Positions 31,563 through 41,906 of a stretch of 64,000 nt of DNA are shown here, piece by piece (the stretch's first letter is position 1; every line of letters starts with the position of its first letter). The stretch lies in contig OZ244744.1 in the NCBI GenBank assembly GCA_965219455.1, positions 1,216,001 to 1,280,000 on the forward strand, given 5' to 3'. Below the pieces are notes generated by a model. The model worked only from the letters and a program-made list of their open reading frames with translations, was not told the origin of the DNA and made no database searches. Made by a program: the position numbers and the translations under genes. This DNA comes from Candidatus Latescibacterota bacterium. GTDB lineage: Bacteria > Latescibacterota > UBA2968 > GCA-2709665.

Positions 31563-32312
31563 TCAGTTCAACCCGCGCAGACGGTTTCTCAATATCGCGG
31601 CCTGTTCGTAACGCTCCTCGGCGACCGCCGTCTCAATCTGTTCGAAAAGGCTTTCCCCGGCTGGCCCAGGATGTCGCCGCCGAATCTCTTCCACCCAGTC
31701 CTCCAGCGAACGAAGCTCGTCGCTGGATTCGGGAGTCTCCGGGTCTCCGGACCCGTTCAAAAAGCACCGCATCTCCTCGATTCCCTCCCGCACCACCTCG
31801 AGCGCACCCTCGAAATCTCCGTTCTGCAAACAGATTTCTCCCTTGGATCTGGCGTGTATCATGAGCACGCACGTACGTGAACGCTCGAACTCAGACTTGA
31901 TCTCGTCATTGCCTGAATACGTCCTGACCAGATCCAGTAACGCCAGATTGTGTGTGGTGTCCCTGAGAACCCCCTCATAGTCGCCCAGGTGCAGAAGGCA
32001 GATATACCGCTGATAGAATTGAACGCCCTCCGTCCACAACACGTCGCACGCACGTTCATCCAGGCAGAATCCATCGTCTGAACCGTGGGTCCCGCGGTGG
32101 GCTTCCAGGCGATCGAGGTATGCATCGAGGGCCGACTCATATCCTCTTGGAGACGTGCCGTCGGGTCGACCGGTCATCTCCATCTGCAGGAGGCCCAGTT
32201 CGAATCGGACCTGCAGCTTCTCCCGTCCGTCGATTCCCACGATCTTTCTGGCGCAGGTTTTTTGTGGATCGAAAATCCAGCGCTTGAAAATCGGTGATAG
32301 ATCCTGCTCCAT
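31563..32312 (-). CDS. UvrB/UvrC (UVR) motif-containing conserved protein
   Basis: C-terminal AVAEERYEQAAILRNRL; N-terminal GREKLQVRFELGLLQMEMTGRPDG. Confidence 0.8.
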   Translation of the reverse strand: MEQDLSPIFKRWIFDPQKTCARKIVGIDGREKLQVRFELGLLQMEMTGRPDGTSPRGYESALDAYLDRLEAHRGTHGSDDGFCLDERACDVLWTEGVQFYQRYICLLHLGDYEGVLRDTTHNLALLDLVRTYSGNDEIKSEFERSRTCVLMIHARSKGEICLQNGDFEGALEVVREGIEEMRCFLNGSGDPETPESSDELRSLEDWVEEIRRRHPGPAGESLFEQIETAVAEERYEQAAILRNRLRGLN

Positions 32313-32460
32313 GGAATACTCCCACACGAACGCCGCGTATAACGATGCACTTCCGGTAAGCGCTGTCTTGGAAGAATATACAAACGGCCTGTGAAAGTCA
32401 ACCCGATTCACCGCGGCCCGGCAGGCGTCGTCCGGAATCGGCTTCACAATTTCTTTTATC

Positions 32461-32489
32461 TTGACAAAGAATTCACGGCTCTGTATGTT
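32461..32489 (+). promoter_or_regulatory. Sigma70-like promoter of rsgA
   Basis: TTGACA-17 nt-TATGTT. Confidence 0.55.
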
Positions 32490-32618
32490 CCGCGCCTTGC
32501 GAACGCTTCTTCGATGGCGAACATCAACCATAAATCTTCTTTTTACAGCACGTTGGAACGTTGGAACACCCCCTGCGCCCGAAGCGCCATGCAACATCGT
32601 CAACGGCCTGGACCTGTT

Positions 32619-33578
32619 ATGGAGCACACCGAAGGCACCGTCGTCCGCGAACACCGGAGGCACTACCATGTCGCCACCGGAGACCGGGTGGTCGACTGTG
32701 GCATCTCCAGCAAATTGCGCAAACAGCTTCAATACCCCGAAGCGGCCCCCGGTTCTCGCCGAAAGCGGGTACAGGCCGTCCGCCGCGCGCGCGTTGTGGA
32801 CCCCGTTGCCATTGGTGACCGCGTCCGGATCGATACCGGCGAAGGGAATACCGGTCTGATCCGTGAAGTCCTGCCGAGGCGGAACAAGATCTCACGAAGG
32901 GCATCGGGAAGTTCACGGAAAGAACAGATCCTGGCCGCGAACATCGATCAGCTCCTGCCGGTCTTCTCGGTGGCCGAACCGCCGCCCGACTGGAATATGC
33001 TGGACCGTATGCTGGCTGTTGCGGAATGGTGTGAGATACCCGCCGCCATCTGTTTCAACAAACTGGACCTGCCCTGCCCCGCCGCATTCGAGACGTCGGC
33101 TTCGGCCTACGAACAGATCGGATACCCGGTTGTATTCACCAGCATCATTACGGACCGGGGCAAGGAAGAGTTCCTGAGCCTCCTGAGAGGCCGGATTTCG
33201 CTCTTCATGGGGCCTTCGGGAGTCGGCAAATCCAGCCTGCTCAACTGGCTGCAGCCGGGCCTCGAGTTGCGGACGGGCGAAATCAGCGAGACCACCGGGG
33301 CAGGCCGGCACACGACCACCCACACGGAACTGGTCGAACTCGAAACCGGCGGCATGGTCGGCGACCTGCCCGGCGTGAAGGAATATCATCTTTGGGAGAT
33401 AGATCCGGAAGATATCCATGGGCTTTTTCCGGAATTCCGGAGCCTGCCCGGACACTGCCGCTTTCGGAACTGCACCCACGTCCGGGAACCCGGTTGCATC
33501 GTCAAAGATGCAGTGGAACGGGACGAAGTTTCCCTCCAGCGATACGAATCCTACCTCCAGCTCCGACACAATCCCTGA
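32619..33578 (+). CDS. rsgA: Ribosome small subunit-dependent GTPase A
   Basis: NKLD, GPSGVGKSS, GRHTTT, DLPG and Zn finger CRFRNCTHVREPGC. Confidence 0.95.
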   Translation: MEHTEGTVVREHRRHYHVATGDRVVDCGISSKLRKQLQYPEAAPGSRRKRVQAVRRARVVDPVAIGDRVRIDTGEGNTGLIREVLPRRNKISRRASGSSRKEQILAANIDQLLPVFSVAEPPPDWNMLDRMLAVAEWCEIPAAICFNKLDLPCPAAFETSASAYEQIGYPVVFTSIITDRGKEEFLSLLRGRISLFMGPSGVGKSSLLNWLQPGLELRTGEISETTGAGRHTTTHTELVELETGGMVGDLPGVKEYHLWEIDPEDIHGLFPEFRSLPGHCRFRNCTHVREPGCIVKDAVERDEVSLQRYESYLQLRHNP

Positions 33579-33582
33579 CACC

Positions 33583-34644
33583 TTACCCGTATTTCTCCCG
33601 CAGAATTCGCGCTGCTCTTGACTCGTTGCACAGCTTCGCGTAAGCCTCTTCAACGGGGATTTCGGCCGCGTTACCTGGCGCGAAGCCGCAGTCGGGATTC
33701 AGGCAAACCTGGTCGGGGCGCAGGAATTCCAGAGCCTGTTCCACGCGATGCACAATCGCATCGACGGAATCGATCTGCGGAGACCTGCAGTCCACACAAC
33801 CCAGTCCCACCTGCCGGTCCTGCGGGATGTGTTTCAGCACGTCCAGATCTCCCGCAACGGGAACGGTGAATTCCATCACGTATTGATCCACGTTGAGTCG
33901 TCGCAACGCGGGCAGAATCGGTCCGTAACCGCCCTGACCAACCCATCCGGCCCGGCCCTTGTTTCTCCGGCACAGATGCAACGCCACGGCCAATCCCTCA
34001 ACGCCATCCACGATCTGGTTCAGGAGATCCACGCAGAGTTCCATCTCCCGATCCGGATTTTCGTACCTCCCGCGCACACGGCGGTCCACAAACAGACAGA
34101 GATGCGGATCGTCGAACTGAACCACGTCGGCGCCCGCGTCCCGCAGCAGAAGCAGTTCGCCCCGCAGAATCGGTACGAGCGCGCGCATAAACGCCTCGCG
34201 AGTGGGATACGCGTTACGCGATCGCTCCGGATGCCACATGCGCTGGCCCAGCAGATATGGAGAGGGCAGGCACACTTTGATCGCTTTGCGGGTCCGCGCC
34301 CTCAGATATTTCGCCTCCGCAGCGGCGAGACCCCTCGTTTTCACCTCCACAGGTTCCACCACCGTGTGCCACCAGAGTCCTTCTTTCCGTTCCCGCACGA
34401 ATCCATCCGCCACGTCCGCGATAATGCCGATATAGGACCGGCGCCGGTACTCGCCGTCGGAGACGACATCCAACCCGGCGGCCTCCTGCAGCGCCAGCAC
34501 GTAGTCCACGGAGGCATCCATCCTCTCGGAATACTCCGACGGATCGTCGGGCGCTTTATCGGGGTCCAGAAGGTCGCGCACAAACTGCGACCGCGGCATG
34601 CTTCCCACAACGCCTGCCGGAAAGAGAACGGGGTTGCCGACCAT
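33583..34644 (-). CDS. Cobalamin-independent methionine synthase II family protein
   Basis: VVGSMPR, SDGEYRR, LHLCR and LNPDCGF. Confidence 0.88.
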   Translation of the reverse strand: MVGNPVLFPAGVVGSMPRSQFVRDLLDPDKAPDDPSEYSERMDASVDYVLALQEAAGLDVVSDGEYRRRSYIGIIADVADGFVRERKEGLWWHTVVEPVEVKTRGLAAAEAKYLRARTRKAIKVCLPSPYLLGQRMWHPERSRNAYPTREAFMRALVPILRGELLLLRDAGADVVQFDDPHLCLFVDRRVRGRYENPDREMELCVDLLNQIVDGVEGLAVALHLCRRNKGRAGWVGQGGYGPILPALRRLNVDQYVMEFTVPVAGDLDVLKHIPQDRQVGLGCVDCRSPQIDSVDAIVHRVEQALEFLRPDQVCLNPDCGFAPGNAAEIPVEEAYAKLCNESRAARILREKYG

Positions 34645-34645
34645 A

Positions 34646-35392
34646 TTACCATTCCTTTCGCGCAATCTCGAAATCCTGATTCGTATCGATCTCCATATAT
34701 CCGCCCTCCGTTTCCAACAGATGCATCGGGACCCTGGCATCCAGCATCTCCTGGTACAGGTCGATCAGATACGCTTTCTGAAAGGAAAGGGCCGATTGGA
34801 ACGGGCGGCCGTCGTACAGGGTCCTCGCACAGTGGAAGGCGTCGCGTAGCTGCACGGTCCCCTCTCTCCCGAAACGGGCAATGCCCGTATACTCGCCGTG
34901 GGCGATCTCGCCGGGTACGTTCCGGCCGATTGCAACGACCCGGTTGCTCACGGAGGCCATCTTTTCCGCATCGTTCTCGGGATGCTCGGACCGTTTCCGA
35001 TATCTTGCACGCCAGGCCGTGTCGCACACCAGAGTAATCTCGTGCGCACTATCCGTCAGATTCAGGACGATCTCAGGCCTGTATAGGATATCGGAATACG
35101 CGCAGACGAAACCGTCGTCCATATGGAACTCCGCGTGCATCAGGGACATCAGGATATTGTTATTGGGCCAGTCAGCGTTGTGACAATACGTAAGACCCGG
35201 ATATTCGGTCTGCACCTGCTCGATGCGGTAGCCCCCGACAAACACGATATCGTGCAACCCGGCCGACCGCAAAGCGTCGAGGCCCCAATCCAGAATGCGC
35301 CGGCCTTTTACTTCCGCAAGACATTTCGGCGCGTTTTCGGTGTGAGGCATCAATCGAATTCCTCGACCCGCGCCGATGATAATCGCTTTCAA
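34646..35392 (-). CDS. Sugar/choline-phosphate nucleotidyltransferase (LicC-like)
   Basis: IIIGAGRGIRL..PKCL and EIDTNQD; probable TTG start. Confidence 0.85.
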   Translation of the reverse strand: MKAIIIGAGRGIRLMPHTENAPKCLAEVKGRRILDWGLDALRSAGLHDIVFVGGYRIEQVQTEYPGLTYCHNADWPNNNILMSLMHAEFHMDDGFVCAYSDILYRPEIVLNLTDSAHEITLVCDTAWRARYRKRSEHPENDAEKMASVSNRVVAIGRNVPGEIAHGEYTGIARFGREGTVQLRDAFHCARTLYDGRPFQSALSFQKAYLIDLYQEMLDARVPMHLLETEGGYMEIDTNQDFEIARKEW

Positions 35393-35409
35393 CGATTGAA
35401 CTCCTTCCG

Positions 35410-36357
35410 CTATAAAATGCGGGATAAAAAAAACGCCAGAAAACGACCGGCGTCCACGTCCATCGCGCATCTCACCGGCCAACCCTTCCTATGTTCCTCC
35501 TTCGAGAACGGCCGCCGGTCCACAACCACCTGCCCCGCAATCAGATCTCCCTCTGACTCCACGTCCGCATAAACCGTCTTGATGCAGAAGAGAGATGGAT
35601 CGATCGCCAGCCCCACCGCCATCGGATCGTGCAGATAGAAATGACGCCGGTTCCGGACCCGCAAAGCGTGTTCCATGGCCGGCCGCACCGCGTCTTTCAC
35701 AAAGCGACCCGCGGGCGTTGCCGGTATGCCATCAAGATGCGATGTTTCCAATGCCACCCGATGGGTCACGTCCAGAGGCGCCATCGTAACACTTGCGCCG
35801 GAACGCATGACCTGCCTCGCGGCGTCGGGATCGGCGAAGAAATTGAACTCCGCCGCAGGCGTCACGTTACCGGGCTCGTCGACCGCGCCTCCCATCACGC
35901 ACACCTCCCGGGCTTTTTTCAACACCCCCGGGGCCCGCGCTTCCGCCAGGGCCAGGTTGGTCAGCGGCCCCACGGCGATCAACGTCACCTCCCCCGGCCG
36001 GGCCGAGAGGGTCTCAACCAAAAACGGAACCGCGTCACCCGAAGGCGAACGGCCGGGCAGCGGCAACGCGGAATCCCCCAATCCTCGAGGCCCGTGCACC
36101 TCGGTTGCGTATACGGCTTCTCTCCTCAGGGGACGTTTCGCGCCCGTGTAAACCGGGACATCGTTACGTTCCAGCAATGCCAGCACTTTCAGTGCGTTCC
36201 CGGTTCCAATGTCCAGCGGCACGTTGCCACTTACTGTGCAGATGCCCAGCACCGCCAGTTCGGGGGATCCCAGCGCCAGCATCATCGCCAGGGCGTCGTC
36301 CACGCCCGGATCCGCGTCCAGAATCACCGGCCTTCTGTCCGATGGCTCAAACCCCAT
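35410..36357 (-). CDS. Nucleoside hydrolase (IU-NH family)
   Basis: DADPGVDDA, GPLTNLA, AEFNFFADP and LHDP. Confidence 0.93.
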   Translation of the reverse strand: MGFEPSDRRPVILDADPGVDDALAMMLALGSPELAVLGICTVSGNVPLDIGTGNALKVLALLERNDVPVYTGAKRPLRREAVYATEVHGPRGLGDSALPLPGRSPSGDAVPFLVETLSARPGEVTLIAVGPLTNLALAEARAPGVLKKAREVCVMGGAVDEPGNVTPAAEFNFFADPDAARQVMRSGASVTMAPLDVTHRVALETSHLDGIPATPAGRFVKDAVRPAMEHALRVRNRRHFYLHDPMAVGLAIDPSLFCIKTVYADVESEGDLIAGQVVVDRRPFSKEEHRKGWPVRCAMDVDAGRFLAFFLSRIL

Positions 36358-37858
36358 ACAACGGCCCGAATTTCGCCTTCAAATGCGCCATCAACGCCCG
36401 GTGGTCCAGGGGTTTTCCCGTGACCTTTTCCACCAATTCAGGAGCCGTGTAGTGTTTCCCTTGCCGATGGATTCTGTCCCTCAGCCACCCCAGCAGCGGG
36501 CTGAACCCGCCTTCGGCAAACTGTCTGTCGAGATCGCCCAGATCCCTGCGTGCGGCTTCGAAAAACTGAGCGGCGTAGAGGTTGCCCAGCGTATAGGTCG
36601 GGAAGTATCCGATCAATCCGGCGCTCCAGTGAACGTCCTGCAGACATCCGCGCGCATCGTCAGGCGGCTTCAATCCGAAGTCCCGCTCGAACCGCTCGTT
36701 CCACGCAACCGGGACGTCGGCTACCGGAAGATCGCCCTCCACGAGCGCTTCCTCCAGCGCGAATCGCAATAGGATATGCAGATTATAGGTCGTCTCGTCC
36801 GCCTCCACCCGGATGAACGACGGCCGCGCGTCGTTGACCGCGAAATAAAACGACTCCAGAGAAACGCCCGCCAGCGCGGTTGAAAATACATCCTGCGCCT
36901 TCGGGAAGAAATGCGCCCAGAACGCCCGGCTGCGTCCCACGAAATTCTCCCACATCCGCGACTGCGACTCGTGAATACCCAGGGACACGGCTTCGGCCAT
37001 CGGGGTCCCCGCGTGCGCGGCGTCCAGTCCCTGGTCATAGAGTCCGTGGCCCGCTTCGTGCAGCGTCCCGAAGAAAGCCTGCGCAAACCGGTTGCGGTCG
37101 TACCGGGTCGTTATCCTTGTGTCACCCGGCCCGATCCCCGTGCAGAACGGATGCACCGTCTCATCCAGCCGCCCGCGCTCGAAGTCGAACCCGATGGCTT
37201 CTGCCGCGGCGATGCCGAACTCAGTTTGTTCCGGCACGGGATAGTCGCGGGTCAGAACCGACGCCCGAGGCGCCCGCCCCGAATCCACGATCGCCGCCAC
37301 CAACGGCGCCAGTTCGTCTCGGAGCGCGCCGAATATTTTTTTGAGATTGTGAGACGTTTCTCCGGGCTCAAATCGATCCAGAAGCGCATCGTAGGCTGTC
37401 CCTCCTGTCCTGAGCGCCGCGGCCACCTCACGCGTGAGCCGCACCACCTCCTCCAGGTGCGGCCGGAACCGCTCGAACGCCGAGTCCGCCCGCGCCTCCT
37501 GCCAGGCCTGTTCAGCCAGCGTCGTCGCCTTCGCAAGCGCCTCCACCAGAGATTTCGGCAACTTCGTCCTTCTGTCGTATTCCCGCCGGATTTCCCTGAC
37601 GTTTACGGCACGCGCCGATTCCGGCTGAAAATCCCCACCACCCTCCTCGACGCGCGACAGCAATTCCCCCACCTCGGGCGCCGTTGCCCGCTCGTGTGCC
37701 ATCCCGGCAAGGAGGGCATGCTGTTCGGCGCGGTGTGCGGCGCCGCCACGCGGCATATAGGTGCGTTCGTCCCACCCCAGCACGGCCGCGCAGGACTCCA
37801 GCAGATTCAATTCCTTCCATCGACCGATGAGATCCTCGTAAGCCCGCTGAGTGAACAT
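36347..37858 (-). CDS. Carboxypeptidase, family M32
   Basis: HPFC, HEAGHGLYDQG, HESQSR, IRVEADE and GYFPTYTLG. Confidence 0.95.
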   Translation of the reverse strand: MFTQRAYEDLIGRWKELNLLESCAAVLGWDERTYMPRGGAAHRAEQHALLAGMAHERATAPEVGELLSRVEEGGGDFQPESARAVNVREIRREYDRRTKLPKSLVEALAKATTLAEQAWQEARADSAFERFRPHLEEVVRLTREVAAALRTGGTAYDALLDRFEPGETSHNLKKIFGALRDELAPLVAAIVDSGRAPRASVLTRDYPVPEQTEFGIAAAEAIGFDFERGRLDETVHPFCTGIGPGDTRITTRYDRNRFAQAFFGTLHEAGHGLYDQGLDAAHAGTPMAEAVSLGIHESQSRMWENFVGRSRAFWAHFFPKAQDVFSTALAGVSLESFYFAVNDARPSFIRVEADETTYNLHILLRFALEEALVEGDLPVADVPVAWNERFERDFGLKPPDDARGCLQDVHWSAGLIGYFPTYTLGNLYAAQFFEAARRDLGDLDRQFAEGGFSPLLGWLRDRIHRQGKHYTAPELVEKVTGKPLDHRALMAHLKAKFGPLYGV

Positions 37859-37973
37859 CAGTTACTCCCTTTGTTACGTACCGGGAACCACCTCAAAAGC
37901 CATCGCAATCTAAACCTCCCCATGCCGTCGGTCAAGCGGAATCCGGATATACACCATGGCCCCTGGCTTAACG

Positions 37974-38002
37974 TTGACAATCCTTCCCTGACGAGATATA
38001 TT
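37974..38002 (+). promoter_or_regulatory. Sigma70-like promoter of the selenoprotein gene
   Basis: TTGACA-17 nt-TATATT. Confidence 0.65.
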
Positions 38003-38076
38003 AAAATGACATTTGAAAGCAACACACCGTTCGGCCCAATACCGGTTTCCACCCGAAGACGTCAAGGAGGCGCCAC

Positions 38077-38313
38077 ATGCCCAAAATCGACATTGAATAC
38101 TGCGCGGCCTGAGGCTACGAAGATCAGACCGTCAGTTTGACGGACAGACTCCTGAGAGAGTTCAAGCAGGATATCGAAGGCTTCACACTCATTCCCTCCG
38201 GCGGTGGACGTTTTGAAGTCACCATCGACGGCGAACTCGCCTTTTCCAAAATAAAAGAGGGCCGCTTTCCCGAGTACGAAGAAATACAGCCCGAAATAGC
38301 GAAACGTATCTAA
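38077..38313 (+). CDS. Rdx (SelT/SelW/SelH) family selenoprotein; UGA at 38110-38112 read as Sec
   Basis: AAGGAGG RBS. MPKIDIEYCAAUGYEDQTVSLTDRLLREFKQDIEGFTLIPSGGGRFEVTIDGELAFSKIKEGRFPEYEEIQPEIAKRI*: CxxU motif, and the Rdx signature GGxFEV continues in frame past the UGA. Confidence 0.9.
38113..38150 (+). promoter_or_regulatory. Candidate bacterial SECIS element
   Basis: Stem CCGUCA/UGACGG with a G-first apical loop (GUU) 22 nt after the UGA. Confidence 0.65.
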
Positions 38314-38334
38314 GCAATCGTCCAACAAAATAAG

Positions 38335-38376
38335 GGGTCGAGGGCGCTCACGAACGCCGTCGGCCCTTTTCTATTT
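38335..38376 (+). terminator. Terminator after the selenoprotein gene
   Basis: GGGGTCGA...TCGGCCCTTTT hairpin with a U-tract. Confidence 0.6.
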
Positions 38377-39149
38377 CCCCAAACGGCTTCGTCAGGCCAA
38401 ACAGTATGCATTTAGGTGGTGGAGGTGGTCCGGTCTGCCGGATGCCGTACGCCTGTGGCGATCGAAGACAACCGATTGCATCACAAGAGCCACCAGCCTC
38501 ATAGACGGTCAGTTCGCGAGTTCCTTCCGGTCCTTCCGTAAGTCAGCGAGACCCACGCACAAGCCCAAAGATGTACCTGCGACGATTTTCGTCTTCCCGC
38601 GTGATTCTGGATCTATTTTGTCGTTTGGCGAAATCCTCAAGGCAAAATACGGGAATTATGCGACCCCAGATCGGAAAAAGCGCTGGCTGGGACGAATTTC
38701 TGAATCATAGGGAAACTTTCGGTGTTGACATCTCTTAGTCTTTGAATTAACCTACCCTCGAATTTACGGTATTAAATACAATATTTACGTTAATATATCT
38801 CATCTCCTGCATATAGAAGCGTCGTGGACGATCTTACTGGGGTCCCAAAGAGCCTCAGCGCCACCCGTGGACGCGGGAAGGTGTCGTGTCGGGAAGCGTT
38901 CGCAGCAGGTGATCGCCTGCACAAGCCTTTCACGGCGCTCACAGACCTGGCCGCCGTCGGAAAGGTATTGATATGGTAATACAGGCCGTTAAGCGCGTGG
39001 CGCCTATGTGTCTACGTGATTAACCGGGCCGCGGGGCAAATGTTGGAATCACACGTAGCAGGGTGGGAGCGGTCAAGCGGTGCCGCCAAGGGCGGGCATC
39101 CTCCACCGCAAGGGCAACCACACGACGGCAGAGGTGGCAACCGAACTGC

Positions 39150-39892
39150 CGGCATTGCCCTGCCGCTCCCACGACGCCGGATCGTTTACTGCCACGTGGG
39201 ACGGGACGGACGCGTTAGGCAGGCGCGTGGCCAGCGGCATTCATCCATATCGGATACAGGCGAGCGAATTCTCGGCGTCCATGCAGATGGGGCAAGTACT
39301 ATTTTTAGTTGACATATCAGAGGCGTTCAGTCAGCGGCGAAAGCGTCTTGGGTGTCAAAATCGAGCTTCAGTTCTTTGCGTAGGGCAAGTCTGAGTACGG
39401 GAAGAAAGCGGAACCCTTTGATCCTCCGCAATCGAGGCTCGATATCCAGCAGAGCGGTAGCCAACCATCGGTAGCGCTGATCGGAGTTGTTCCATCGCTT
39501 GACATTACGGGTGCGCTGTGCGACCATCGCGTTGACGGATTCGATACAGTTGGTGGTGCGAAAGGATTGCTTGAGTTGCGGCATCAGTCCCAGGCGATGC
39601 AGGGTGAGGGTTTGTTCGAGCCCCTCCTCCAGACTATTCAGGGCCGATGCATTCATCAACGCCAGGGAGGGTTTGAGGGCCTCCAGCGCTTCTCCCAAGA
39701 CCGGGCTGCAGTCAAACCGACATCCGTATTCAACTTGACTTCACCGGCGTTCGATGATACTTTCCGCATCACAGGCTCCTTTGGTTGAGGATACAGTTTC
39801 CTTTGGCGGGTTGCTGTATCCAATCTACATCGGAGCCTCTTCTATTTCAACTAAGATAGGCACATTGCCTGCAAATGTTGCCGTTGAAGTAG
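39150..39892 (+). pseudogene. Remnant of a FlgD-Ig/T9SS type A-like C-terminal domain, interrupted by an IS256 derivative
   Basis: AGSFTATWDGTDALGRRVASGIHPYRIQASEFSASMQM, then the IS, then LPLK*. This matches the WDG..G..VASG.Y.Y......KM.L.K pattern. Confidence 0.65.
39290..39869 (-). mobile_element. Internally deleted IS256-family element (transposase C-terminus at 39327-39698)
   Basis: SLEEGLEQTLTLHRLG, RTTNCIESVN and VKRW. Imperfect IRs GGCAAGTACTATTTTTAGTTGACA / TTTCAACTAAGATAGGCACATTGCC. 8-bp target duplication TGCAGATG/TGCAAATG. Confidence 0.8.
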
Positions 39893-39974
39893 GTGCGGCC
39901 GGGCGACGGACTTACGGTTTAGTCACAGTTAATCCCTGTAATCATAGTTAATCATAGTCCGGGAGGATTTTCAG

Positions 39975-41906
39975 ATGAAGAGATCTTCGTTGTTCGGCCT
40001 TACGGTTTTGTTGGCCGGCGTCCTGTTCGCGCAAGACGCCCTGGCCCAGGACCATACCCGCCTGAGCCTCCCCGAAGGCGCCCTCGCCCGCCTCGGCAAA
40101 CGAAGCATTGGTTGGAGTGACCGCGCGTTGGCCTATTCCCCCAACAGCACTCGGCTGGCGGTGGCCAACAGCGATGTGACGGGCGGGCAAGAAAAAAACA
40201 CACTGGCAGGACATACGGATAGGGTCTATTCGGTCGCGTTTTCGCCCGATGGTAAAATACTGGCCAGTGGTAGTGGGGACAATACGATCCGGTTGTGGGA
40301 TACGGATACCGGGCAGGAAAAAATCGCTCTAACAGAACATACGTTTTTGGTCTCGTCAGTGGCGTTTTCACCGGACGGAAAGGCTGTGGCCAGTGGCAGT
40401 TGGGACAATACCATAAGGTTGTGGGATGTCGACACAGGGAAGGAAAAATTCACTCTAACAGAAAGTGTGTTTGGTGTCGAATCGGTGGCGTTTTCACCGG
40501 ATGGAAAGACACTGGCCAGTGGCAGTCGTGACAGAACGATACGGTTGTGGGACGTGGACACAGGGCAGCAAGCGGCCACTCTAACAGGACATACGGATTA
40601 TGTCAATTCGGTGGCGTTTTCACTAGATGGTAAAACTCTGGCAAGTGGCAGCGGCAGTCTGGAAAATACCGAGAATACGGTACGGTTGTGGGACTTGAGC
40701 ACAGGGCAGCAAAAAGCCACTCTAACAGGACATACACGCACCGTCAGGTCGGTGGCGTTTTCGCCGGATGGGAGGACTCTGGCAAGTGGTAGTGAAGACG
40801 GCACGGTACGGTTGTGGGACTTGGGCGCAGGGCAGGAAAAAATCACTCTGACAGGACATAGGTTTAATGTCTTGTCGGTGGCGTTTTCGCCAGATGGTAG
40901 GGCACTGGCAAGTGGCGGTGGCTGGCCGGAGTATACGATACGGTTGTGGGATGTGGACACAGGGCAGGGAACAGCCATTTTAAGAGGACATACGGATGAT
41001 GTCAAATCGGTGTCGTTTTCGCCGGATGGTCTCTCGCTGGCCAGTGGCAGTTCGGACGGCAGGATTCTTCTGTGGGATACCTCGGCGTGGGCTGGTACCG
41101 GTCCCGACGGTTCCACGGACGTGAATGAACCCGATGAAATCAGCGGGGACAGGCCGGATGAACTCGTTGGCAAGTGGGAATCGGTCGTTTCCGGTGACGG
41201 AGTGGATTCGACCAACGTGCTGGAGTTTTACGCCGATGGCCGCTTCATCATCAACGCGAAGGCCACCAGCCACGCATCCATGAAGCAGACTCTGGTCATG
41301 GAGTGGGGGGCCGATCCCGGACGCGTTCAGTCCGTGGCGGACTCCCTGGCTGCCCGAGAGTCCGGATTCCACGATGCGCTCGTTGCTGACAAGCAGGTGT
41401 TTGCCACTGAATTGACAGGTACCTGGGGCGTGGAGGGAAACGTGATCCAGGCCGTTTTGGACACCTTCACACTGTCATTAAACGGCCTTCAGGGGAACGA
41501 CGTCTTCGAGTTTTACAAAATTATCCTCCCTCTGGTCGTGCCGCCTGAATACGCCGGGTTGACACAGCTCTTTCTGCTGGGTATCGCTCTTATTCAGGAA
41601 GCTTTCGATGCGATCATTGAAGAGCGCGAAATCTTCACAATCGGCATATATACGATCGAGAACGACAATCTCGTCGTGGTACTGGACGAGAGTACTGTCC
41701 GATACTCCCGGGTATCGGACACGATAACTCCCGACTTTGATGGCGATGGTACCGTGGGTTTTTCCGACTTTCTGCAATTCGCGGCGCAGTTCGGGCTGAG
41801 CCAGGGAGATGCGGAGTATGACGCGCGGTACGATCTAGACCGCGACGGCGCCATCGGGTTCAGCGATTTTCTGATCTTCGCAGGCAGCTTCGGGCAGGGT
41901 TCGTGA
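39975..41906 (+). CDS. Secreted WD40-repeat protein with a C-terminal dockerin-like double EF-hand
   Basis: Signal peptide; seven GH..V.SVAFSPDG..LASGS...IRLWD-type repeats; DFDGDGTVGFSDF...DLDRDGAIGFSDFLIFAGSFG. Confidence 0.9.
   Translation: MKRSSLFGLTVLLAGVLFAQDALAQDHTRLSLPEGALARLGKRSIGWSDRALAYSPNSTRLAVANSDVTGGQEKNTLAGHTDRVYSVAFSPDGKILASGSGDNTIRLWDTDTGQEKIALTEHTFLVSSVAFSPDGKAVASGSWDNTIRLWDVDTGKEKFTLTESVFGVESVAFSPDGKTLASGSRDRTIRLWDVDTGQQAATLTGHTDYVNSVAFSLDGKTLASGSGSLENTENTVRLWDLSTGQQKATLTGHTRTVRSVAFSPDGRTLASGSEDGTVRLWDLGAGQEKITLTGHRFNVLSVAFSPDGRALASGGGWPEYTIRLWDVDTGQGTAILRGHTDDVKSVSFSPDGLSLASGSSDGRILLWDTSAWAGTGPDGSTDVNEPDEISGDRPDELVGKWESVVSGDGVDSTNVLEFYADGRFIINAKATSHASMKQTLVMEWGADPGRVQSVADSLAARESGFHDALVADKQVFATELTGTWGVEGNVIQAVLDTFTLSLNGLQGNDVFEFYKIILPLVVPPEYAGLTQLFLLGIALIQEAFDAIIEEREIFTIGIYTIENDNLVVVLDESTVRYSRVSDTITPDFDGDGTVGFSDFLQFAAQFGLSQGDAEYDARYDLDRDGAIGFSDFLIFAGSFGQGS

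Noticed and set aside
38062-38328. 88-aa minus-strand ORF
   Set aside because: Shadow of the plus-strand selenoprotein, which has a promoter, RBS and family motifs.
38380-39100. ncRNA, tRNA or riboswitch at the island edge (also 42290-42600)
   Set aside because: Partly AT-rich with small hairpins, but no recognisable RNA family; an Rfam scan would be needed.
40190-41080. About 126-bp periodic repeats as a non-coding array
   Set aside because: They are the WD40 coding repeats.
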